Assembly (NCBI GenBank): GCA_035063585.1
Contig: JAPSGB010000066.1
Coordinates: 1 to 14,376 of the forward strand
DNA: 14,376 nt
Direction: 5' to 3'
DNA from: Polyangiaceae bacterium
GTDB lineage: Bacteria > Myxococcota_A > Polyangia > Polyangiales > Polyangiaceae
A model generated the notes under the pieces. The model saw nothing but the letters and a program-made list of their open reading frames with translations, searched no databases and had not been told where the DNA came from. Of the stretch, positions 7,783 through 14,376 are shown in pieces. The position numbers and the translations under genes are program-made. Positions within the stretch are counted from its first letter, which is position 1, and the number at the start of each line of letters is the position of its first letter.

Positions 7783-10449
7783 TCAGTAAGGGATCAGGTT
7801 CGTCTTGGTCGGTGCGAGCAGACCTTGGCCAACGTTCGGGAGGCCGGTGAGCCCGAGCTGCGCGAGCTGACCGCTACCATTGTAGCCCCATGTCCACAGC
7901 GCGCCGTCGGCGTCCACCATCGCCGCGTGGTGCTGCCCGGCCGCCATCGCGACGATCTTCACGCCGCTGAGCGCCGAGATCTTTTCGGGCGTCTTCACGC
8001 ACGCCGGATCGTTGGGGCAGCCGTCGCCGGTGGTGTTCTGCCCGCGACCCGCTTCGCCGAAGCCGTTGGAGCCCCACGTCCACACCTCGCCGGTGCTGGT
8101 GAGCACGTAGAACGTGCCGTTGGCAGCGGTGACGGCCGCCGGAGTGCCGGTCGCGCCCGGTAGCGCAATGGGGAGGGGGAGCTGGGCATTGGTGAGCGGC
8201 GCGCTCGCGCCTTGGCCGAGCGAGCCGAAGACCGCACCGCCCCAGGCTCGGAGGCCCGAGCTCGTGATCGCGAGCGCCGTGGAGCCGCTCAGCGCGAGCT
8301 GGCTGACGCCCCCGAGGAAGGCCGGGCTCGCCCCCACCGCCGGAAGGCAGGTGCTGAGGTTCGTCGCGGACGGGTCGCAGACGAGGCGCGGAGAGGTGTT
8401 GCACGGCAGGCTGGGGCAGCTGCGGAGCGCCTCGCGCCCGAGCACGCCGGTGACGTTGCGGCCCCACATGGCGACCCGGCCATCCGAGAACACCGCGGCG
8501 ACGAACTCGTTCGATGGGCTGTTCCGGGCGACCGCGAGCTCGACCACGCCGGTGAGCGTGCCCGAGCCCTCGAGCCCCTTCACGCGCGCCGGGGCGAACG
8601 TGTTCGTCGCGCTGTCGCCGGTGCCGAGCGCGCCCGCCATGCTCGCGCCCCACGACCAGACGCCGCCCGAGCGGTCGAGGCCGTAGCCGTGCTGGGCGCT
8701 GCACTCGACGCGGTCGACCAGGATACCCGCCTCGGGGAACGAGATGGTCTTCCACGTGGTTGACGTCACGATGCCCGCGCCTTGACCGAGCTGGCCGTGG
8801 GCGCCTGCGCCGAAGGAGTAGGCCGTGCCCGCGTCGTCGGCCGCGAGCGAGAAGCCGGAGCCGGTGCAGAAGCTCACGATCTTCTTCCCGAGCAGGCCCC
8901 GCGCGAGCCCGGGCGAGATGCCCTCGTTCTTGGACGCGCCGGAGGACACGCCAGCGTGGTGCCCCGCGACCCAGAGTGAAGCATCCGAAGCGAGCTGGAA
9001 CACGGTGCGCCCGTCGTCCGAACCGTGCTCCGCCCAGACCCGCGAGACGAGCGCCGGCGTGGTGGCGCCGGGGGTGTAATAGGCCCTCACCGGCCCTGGC
9101 TCCGAGCCGCCCGGCCCCGCCGCGAGCCGCTCGCCGTTGCCGAGTTGACCGAGCGTGTTCGAGCCCCAGCCCCAGGGTTGGTCCGTCTCGTCGAGCGCAA
9201 ATCCGTGGTGGGCCCCGGCGGCCACGTCGGCCACGCGTCCGCCGAACCCGGTCACCTCGGTCGGCGTCTCGACGCAGGTGCCGGCGCAGCCGCTCGACGC
9301 GACGCCGAGCTCGGACTCGGAGTTGGCGCCCCAGCTCCACAGCCGACCTTGGTCGTCGAGCGCGAACGCCTGCTCGTTACCCGCGGAGATCCGGGTGACA
9401 CGCGCGCTGCCGAGCGCCGAGAGGTCGACCAGCGTCGGCTCGAGGCTCCGCAGCGTCGAGATCGCGCGACCGAGCTGCCCGCGCGCGTTGTTCCCCCAGG
9501 TCCAGACGCGGCCCTGGGCGTCGAGCGCGACGGTGAAGTTCTTACCGGCTGCGATCGCTCGAACGTCGCGGAGCGGCGTCGCGACATCCAGGCCGATCGC
9601 CTGGGGCTTCGTCCATGCGCCGCTCCCTTCGCCGTTGCCGAGCCGCCCGTCGGCGTTGCTACCCCAGCCCCAGAGCCGGCCCGAGTGACCGAGCACGACC
9701 GCGTGGCTCTCGCCGAGCGCGATGTCATCGAACGTCTCGCCCGCGGGAAGGTCGTGGACCTCGACGGGCGGCGCGCTGTCGCTGCTGCCCCAGAGCCAGA
9801 CGCGGTTCTGATCATCGATGGCGGCGCCGCGGCCGAAGGCGGCGCTCATCGCGCCCACCTGTTCGAGGATCTTGGTCGGCTCGGCGACGTCGCCGGCCGC
9901 GCCGTTGCCGAGCCGACCGGAGTCTCCCCACCCCCAGGAATAGAGCTCGCCGTTGGTCGTGAGCGCGAGGAAGAAGTCGTCGCCGCCCACCACGGACGCG
10001 AACGCAAGGTCACGGGCCGCACCGGTGACGCGGAGTGGTGCCAGCGCGTCGCCGTTGCCGACTGAATTCGGGGTGGTGCCGTTGCCGAGCGCACTGGCCG
10101 CGTTACCGCCGACCGTGAAGAGCCGGCCGCTCGCGTCGATGAACGCGGAGCCGTTCGGCGTAGCCGCGACGCGGTGGAGAGTGCGCTGGCCCGTAGCCCC
10201 GCCGCTGCCTGCGACCCCGCCGCTGCCTGCGACCCCGCCGCTGCCCGCGACCCCGCCGCTGCCCGCGAGCCCACCGCTGCCCGCGAGCCCACCGCTGCCC
10301 GCGGCGCCGCCCGTCGCGCCGCCGTCGGTGCCCGCGTCCGTCGTCGCGCGTGACTTCGAGGGTTCGTCCCCCGAGCAGGCGCCCACCAGCCCGGTCGCGA
10401 GCACACCCAGCGTCAGCGTCAGCCCCAACACCCTGCCCCTCATCGCCAT
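7783..10449 (-). CDS. RCC1/BLIP-II repeat lipoprotein (probably two beta-propellers)
   Basis: Lipobox LVGAC, Gly-rich linker and many G.H/F.xAL...G.VW.WG.N..GQLG repeats. Start at ATG 10449 (or 10443) rather than 10485. Confidence 0.92.
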   Translation of the reverse strand: MAMRGRVLGLTLTLGVLATGLVGACSGDEPSKSRATTDAGTDGGATGGAAGSGGLAGSGGLAGSGGVAGSGGVAGSGGVAGSGGATGQRTLHRVAATPNGSAFIDASGRLFTVGGNAASALGNGTTPNSVGNGDALAPLRVTGAARDLAFASVVGGDDFFLALTTNGELYSWGWGDSGRLGNGAAGDVAEPTKILEQVGAMSAAFGRGAAIDDQNRVWLWGSSDSAPPVEVHDLPAGETFDDIALGESHAVVLGHSGRLWGWGSNADGRLGNGEGSGAWTKPQAIGLDVATPLRDVRAIAAGKNFTVALDAQGRVWTWGNNARGQLGRAISTLRSLEPTLVDLSALGSARVTRISAGNEQAFALDDQGRLWSWGANSESELGVASSGCAGTCVETPTEVTGFGGRVADVAAGAHHGFALDETDQPWGWGSNTLGQLGNGERLAAGPGGSEPGPVRAYYTPGATTPALVSRVWAEHGSDDGRTVFQLASDASLWVAGHHAGVSSGASKNEGISPGLARGLLGKKIVSFCTGSGFSLAADDAGTAYSFGAGAHGQLGQGAGIVTSTTWKTISFPEAGILVDRVECSAQHGYGLDRSGGVWSWGASMAGALGTGDSATNTFAPARVKGLEGSGTLTGVVELAVARNSPSNEFVAAVFSDGRVAMWGRNVTGVLGREALRSCPSLPCNTSPRLVCDPSATNLSTCLPAVGASPAFLGGVSQLALSGSTALAITSSGLRAWGGAVFGSLGQGASAPLTNAQLPLPIALPGATGTPAAVTAANGTFYVLTSTGEVWTWGSNGFGEAGRGQNTTGDGCPNDPACVKTPEKISALSGVKIVAMAAGQHHAAMVDADGALWTWGYNGSGQLAQLGLTGLPNVGQGLLAPTKTNLIPY
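10198..10305. repeat. 18-bp coding tandem repeat x6 (G[V/L]AGSG)
   Basis: Unit cccgccgctgcc[t/c]gcga[c/g] with graded variants. Confidence 0.95.
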
Positions 10450-10456
10450 CCCACAG

Positions 10457-10485
10457 ACTCTAGAGACCCTCCACGTTCCGGTCAA
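10457..10485 (-). promoter_or_regulatory. Sigma70-type promoter of the RCC1 gene (leaderless)
   Basis: Minus strand TTGACC-N17-TAGAGT, then 7 nt to ATG 10449. Confidence 0.7.
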
Positions 10486-10686
10486 CGAAGACTGCCGGCG
10501 ACGCGCCGTGCTCAGATCGCTCGAGATGCCGCGCAGCGACCGCGTCGGTAGCGGGCCGGCTGCCGGTCCGGCGCGGCCGGCGTCCGGTCCGGCCGCGCGA
10601 GCGCGACGTCGTCCCCGCGGCGCATGCGCTCTTCATGGACGCGGTTGAAGTCCTCCGCGCCGAGTGCTGCTGCCCCGAGTCGGCGG

Positions 10687-10856
10687 CTCGCTCGGCTCGC
10701 GGGCTCCGTGCCGCGCTCGCGCATGAGCCCGGTCCGCTACGCCGGCGTGCTCGCAGCGCACGGCAAGTGGAGGGCGCGCATCGTTCCGCCCCCGCCGCCG
10801 GTCGAGGAAACGGACGATGGCGCCTGCGCGCCGCTCGCCGCGACGCAGAACCAGCC
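10687..10856 (+). pseudogene. Second IS91-family transposase remnant
   Basis: [45 protein letters not shown]; roughly 80% nt identity by eye to 4222-4390. Confidence 0.85.
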
Positions 10857-11019
10857 TCGACATCGTGCAGCAGGATCGCGACGGCCTCACCCTGTGCCGT
10901 TGGTTGCTCTCGCGCGCCTGGTCCGTGAAGTTCGTGCGGGCGAGTGGGACGACGAGAGCGACGAGAACATCATCGAGTCGGTCACGCTGACGTATGACTT
11001 CTTCGAGCTCGTGCAGTGA
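10856..11019 (+). pseudogene. 3' fragment of phage tail tube protein gene (T4 gp19-like), 1-bp frameshift
   Basis: Joining two frames at ~10935 gives [26 protein letters not shown](V)[27 protein letters not shown], the R-W-x4-A-W-(P)-x-K ... IExxTLxY pattern of gp19-like tubes. Confidence 0.75.
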
Positions 11020-11023
11020 CGCG

Positions 11024-11518
11024 TCAGAGCGTCTTATACATGGTGAGCGCGTCGACGTAGCCCTTCGTCGGGTGCAGGAACGCGAGGGGCAATCGCCCGA
11101 CGATCTCGAACCCGAGCGACTGCCAGAGCCTCACGGCCCGTTCGTTTGCACTGACGACGAAGTTGAACTGCATCGCGTGGTAGCCCTTCGACCGCGCGTA
11201 TTCCATCGAGTGCTCGCACATCCGTCGCGCGACGCCTCGGCCCATGGCCTTGGCGCTCGTCATGTAGCCGCAGTTGCCGACGTGGCGCCCGCCGCCGAGC
11301 TGGTTCGTACGGATGTAGTACGTGCCGAGGATGACGCCGTCCTCTTCGAGCACGAACGTGTCCTTGTCGGGCGCGAGCCAGTAGGCCAGCGCGTCCGCCT
11401 CGCTCATATCCGAGTCGAGCGCGTAGGTCGCTCCTTCACGAATCGTCGGCAGGATGATCGCGGCGATGCCTGCGGCGTCGGAGGCTTCGGCGCGGCGAAT
11501 TATCGTCGATGAGCTCAT
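11024..11518 (-). CDS. GNAT N-acetyltransferase (Mpr1-like subgroup), 164 aa
   Basis: NQLGGGRHVGNCGY, acetyl-CoA loop AMGRGVARRM and QFNFVVSANERAVRLWQSLGF. ATG 11518 overlaps the abiEii stop (ATGA). Confidence 0.92.
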   Translation of the reverse strand: MSSSTIIRRAEASDAAGIAAIILPTIREGATYALDSDMSEADALAYWLAPDKDTFVLEEDGVILGTYYIRTNQLGGGRHVGNCGYMTSAKAMGRGVARRMCEHSMEYARSKGYHAMQFNFVVSANERAVRLWQSLGFEIVGRLPLAFLHPTKGYVDALTMYKTL

Positions 11519-12417
11519 GATCGGCTCCAGTTCCAGGTGCCAGGTGTCCAACCGGTGTCAAGGCTGCCGCCGAGCACCGGGTCAAGGAACGCCCGGACCG
11601 CTTCGGTGACGTCGTCGAGCGTCGTCCAGCGGAGTTGGTCTTCACGCGCCATCGCCTCGTAGGGCGTGCGCCATGCTTCAGCGGGCGCAGGTATCGCTCC
11701 GGGAAGCGGGTGCGTCTTGCGGAAGGCGAAGGTCTGCTCGAGGGCGGCGCGCAGGCGCTTGGCGTCGAGCTCCTGCGCCGAGGCCAGGAGCGCGAGGTCT
11801 GGCAGATCATTCACGCGCGAGTTCGGTCGCGCGCGCGGCATGGTGTAAGCGTGCAGCTTCTCCGCGATGTGCGTCTCGATTGGGTAGAGCCTCAGCGTTG
11901 GCGGGGCGATGCCGGCGAACGCGAGCACGTCCTCCGCGACCACGACCTCGGGCTCGCCCAAGATCGGATCGCCCAAGGCGATGTCGACGCCGAATGGCTG
12001 TCCGTAGAGCTTGCCCGCGAGCTTGCACTCGGCGCGAAAGCGAAGCCCGTCGTACTGCATGCGGTCGTTCTGAATCTCGGGATGGTCGTCGTCCGGCCCG
12101 ACCTCGAAGGTCATGAAGTCGCCGAGCTGCTGACGACCGACCTCTTGCAGCTTGGTGAGCACGTCGTCCGGGGAGCCCACCATGCGGAGATCGACGTCCT
12201 TCGTGGTGCGCGCGCGTTCGATGCGTAGCTCGAGGACGAGCCCGCCTTTCAAGGTGGCCGAATCTCCAAGCACGAGCGCGATGCGGGCGAGGAAGCGATC
12301 GAAGACGAGGAGCTGGCGCTTGCGCCCGAACTCGGCGCCCGTTTTGGCGGACGAGCGCAGCCGCTGCTCGAGCGCCTGCTTGAAGGCCTCGGGGGAGGCG
12401 TAGATGCGTGGGGTCAT
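11515..12417 (-). CDS. abiEii: AbiEii/AbiGii-family nucleotidyltransferase toxin (type IV TA), 300 aa
   Basis: DRFLARI, LKGG...RARTTKDVD, HIAEKLHA and SRVNDLPD. ATG 12417 overlaps the antitoxin stop (ATGA). Confidence 0.93.
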   Translation of the reverse strand: MTPRIYASPEAFKQALEQRLRSSAKTGAEFGRKRQLLVFDRFLARIALVLGDSATLKGGLVLELRIERARTTKDVDLRMVGSPDDVLTKLQEVGRQQLGDFMTFEVGPDDDHPEIQNDRMQYDGLRFRAECKLAGKLYGQPFGVDIALGDPILGEPEVVVAEDVLAFAGIAPPTLRLYPIETHIAEKLHAYTMPRARPNSRVNDLPDLALLASAQELDAKRLRAALEQTFAFRKTHPLPGAIPAPAEAWRTPYEAMAREDQLRWTTLDDVTEAVRAFLDPVLGGSLDTGWTPGTWNWSRS

Positions 12418-12998
12418 TCTGCGAGGCCTCCGAACGGCTCGAGGGCGGTCGCGACCTCCGCAAGCTCTCCTCGCGTGACGAGGCCGCGTCGAAGCGCCTG
12501 CTGTGCGGCCTGCCGTAGCAACATCGGGGAGAGGCCGCTCTTGGCGCAGTCGCTGAGCGTGCGACCGGCACCCGTCGCGGGCACTGGCCCGAACCACGAG
12601 CGCTCCTCGGGAGCGACGTCGGCGTGGTGGAGCACGATGCCGGCCGGAACGCGAAACCGCCGCCGCCTCCACGCGTCCGGGAGCGTGAGGTGGATCTGCG
12701 CGGGCAGTACGTCGGAGAGGCCGTGCAGTGACAGCGCCGTCTGGTGCGAGACCACGGAAGCCTGCTCCGACCAGAGCCAGGCGGTGACCAGTTCTTCGTG
12801 CTCCCCGACCGGGAAGTGCACGAGACGGTAGATCCCCCGCTCATGCCTCGTCACTCGGCCGGCGAGGATGTGCTTGCGGAGCAGGTGGGTGGAGTAGCCC
12901 GCCTCGGCTGCCTGCTTCGTCGTGACGTACCCGGACTGACCGGCGGCGGTCTCGAACAGCCGGTCCCAGTCCGGGCCTTTGGCCGCGGCTATCGTCAC
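12414..12998 (-). CDS. abiEi: AbiEi-family antitoxin / transcriptional regulator (type IV TA), 194 aa
   Basis: [16 protein letters not shown]...RGIYRL winged [17 protein letters not shown] and RTLSDC. Start placed at GTG 12998, directly after the operator. Confidence 0.92.
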   Translation of the reverse strand: MTIAAAKGPDWDRLFETAAGQSGYVTTKQAAEAGYSTHLLRKHILAGRVTRHERGIYRLVHFPVGEHEELVTAWLWSEQASVVSHQTALSLHGLSDVLPAQIHLTLPDAWRRRRFRVPAGIVLHHADVAPEERSWFGPVPATGAGRTLSDCAKSGLSPMLLRQAAQQALRRGLVTRGELAEVATALEPFGGLAE

Positions 12999-13034
12999 GC
13001 ACAAGACGGAACTTGTGGTTCCGTTTTTGTGCAA
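12999..13034 (-). promoter_or_regulatory. abiE promoter with overlapping inverted-repeat operator
   Basis: GCACAAGACGGAAC-ttgtg-GTTCCGTTTTTGTGC (12999-13032) overlaps minus-strand TTGCAC-N17-TTCCGT, 7 nt before the GTG. AT-rich island in GC-rich DNA. Confidence 0.75.
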
Positions 13035-13180
13035 GCTACGAGGGCGGCCTCCACGGTTCGAGCTCGACCTGACGAAGCTCCCCGTGCGCAAGCTCTCCGA
13101 GGAGAGCCGCGCCGCGTTCGTGAGCGGGAACCGCTTCGGGACCGCGCTGCCCGACGCCGGCAAGCAGGTCGCCTCGGCAA

Positions 13181-13241
13181 CTGGTCCGGCTCGCGAGCTC
13201 CGTGCCGCCCCCGCGCATGAGCCAGGTCCGCTACGCGGGCG
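13181..13241 (+). pseudogene. Third IS91-family transposase remnant
   Basis: [20 protein letters not shown]; 54/61 nt identical to 4222-4282. Confidence 0.85.
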
Positions 13242-13385
13242 CGCGTCCGGGCGGGGCGCTCCCGGCCGCAAGTCGACACGCGCACCGCTCGAGCTCCGAC
13301 CATGCGCTCTCCATCGAGCCCGCGCACGCGGCCGACGATGCTCGTGCCCTGGCGCTGATGTGAGGAGGCTTGGGCGCCCGGGACG

Positions 13386-14324
13386 CTACTTGCAGCGGTT
13401 GACGCGCTCCCGGGGCTCGCAGGGCTCCGGGGCGCCGGGGCAAACGGAGAGGTAGCCGCTCGTGCAGTCGCGCAGGCACTCGTTGGGCGTGCCGCACTCT
13501 CTGCTCTTGGGGCAATAGCCGCAGAAAACGGTGGTGCCGTTGACCGACACCTCGGTGCCGCAGCGGCCCGGCGCATCGTCGAGGCTCGTGCCTGCATCGA
13601 AGCAAAGCTTGGAGATGCACCGGTTGCCATGGCATGCCAGGCTCAGGCAATCGTTGCTGGTGTTGCAGGTCCGCTTCTCTGCGCAGCGTTGGCACAAGGG
13701 CGTGTTGTCGCTCTTTACTCCACCGCAGTCGACGTCGGATTCGGTGCGGTTCTTGATGCCATCGCCGCAGCTCTGGTTGGGCACCTGGCACTCGCCGGTG
13801 GCGTTGCACTTCCCCGTGTCGCCGCAGGGGGTCTCGAGGGGCGCGAACGCTTCGGGCACCGCCGTTCCATTCTGGCATCGGTAGCTCGCGATGCAGGGCC
13901 CTGCGCTCGTGGGCGGGTCGTCGTCGGGCAGGAGCGTGATGCCGCCGTTGCCGTCGCACTGGGCCTGGTTGCAGTCGCCGGCCGTTTGCAGAGCAGATGG
14001 GGCGGGTGTGCCCGAGGTAGCGGGCGTGGTGCCGCACGCGCCGTTCTGGCAGGTGGCCTCGAAGCAGGGGGGCAGCGCGTCCTTGCAGTCGGTGGCGTCG
14101 GTGCACTCGACCGTGGTGGAGGCGTCTCCGTTGCCCGCCGTGCCGCCGCCGCCCGTCGCGCCTGCGCCGCCCGTCGCGCCTGCGCCGCCCGTCGCGCCTG
14201 CGCCGCCCGCCGCGCCGCCCGAGGAAGAGAGGCGCGGGTCGATGTTGTCGCCTCCGTCGGGGCAGCCGGTGACGAAGACTGTGCACAGCGCAGAGAGCAG
14301 GGCGATGCGAGCTGGGAAATTCAT
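13386..14324 (-). CDS. Cys-rich myxobacterial-type lipoprotein
   Basis: Lipobox VTGC with GGAG upstream of the ATG, Gly-rich linker, and QTAGDC...[22 protein letters not shown] and C...xDC.S..C repeats. Confidence 0.85.
   Translation of the reverse strand: MNFPARIALLSALCTVFVTGCPDGGDNIDPRLSSSGGAAGGAGATGGAGATGGAGATGGGGTAGNGDASTTVECTDATDCKDALPPCFEATCQNGACGTTPATSGTPAPSALQTAGDCNQAQCDGNGGITLLPDDDPPTSAGPCIASYRCQNGTAVPEAFAPLETPCGDTGKCNATGECQVPNQSCGDGIKNRTESDVDCGGVKSDNTPLCQRCAEKRTCNTSNDCLSLACHGNRCISKLCFDAGTSLDDAPGRCGTEVSVNGTTVFCGYCPKSRECGTPNECLRDCTSGYLSVCPGAPEPCEPRERVNRCK
14148..14216. repeat. 18-bp coding tandem repeat x~3.8 (GGAGAT)
   Basis: gccgcccgtcgcgcctgc three times exactly plus a partial copy. 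Confidence 0.95.
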
Positions 14325-14376
14325 GCCGCTCCGTTAGCACGCCGCGTGGTACATACCTAATCAGGCGGGGTCAGCG

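Noticed and set aside
5817..7850. 677-aa + strand ORF and other long Arg/Ala/Pro-rich overlapping ORFs
   Set aside because: Shadow frames of real genes in high-GC DNA; no motifs, and composition typical of off-frame translation.
10624..11019. 131-aa ORF as a novel fusion protein
   Set aside because: It is an accidental join of an IS91 remnant and a frameshifted tail-tube remnant, partly in the wrong frame.
12999..13271. N-terminal extension of AbiEi to 13271 (and of AbiEii to 12672)
   Set aside because: The extensions run through the operator, an IS remnant or the upstream gene. The ATGA overlap and promoter geometry support the shorter starts.

Overview
This is a very GC-rich accessory region. 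Its lipoprotein style and Cys-rich repeats suggest Myxococcota/Polyangiales (inference). The left third is nested mobile-element debris. An almost complete but inactivated IS66 (tnpA-tnpB-tnpC, minus strand) carries an extra convergent passenger ORF between its inverted repeats, and the window starts about 6 bp inside one IR. The IS66 sits in an IS3-family transposase remnant, which is fused to the 3' half of an IS91-family rolling-circle transposase ending at a probable oriIS. The rest holds four predicted lipoproteins with tandem-repeat linkers: an SGNH hydrolase with Ig-like domains, a DsbD-alpha-like protein, an RCC1-repeat protein and a Cys-rich protein. There is also an intact, translationally coupled abiEi-abiEii-GNAT operon with an inverted-repeat operator. 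It abuts a hidden, frameshifted phage tail-tube gene remnant and is bracketed by two further short IS91 transposase remnants that begin at the same codon. Several genes show a -35/N17/-10/6-7 nt/start geometry suggesting leaderless mRNAs. Family calls come from recalled motifs; no database search was run.
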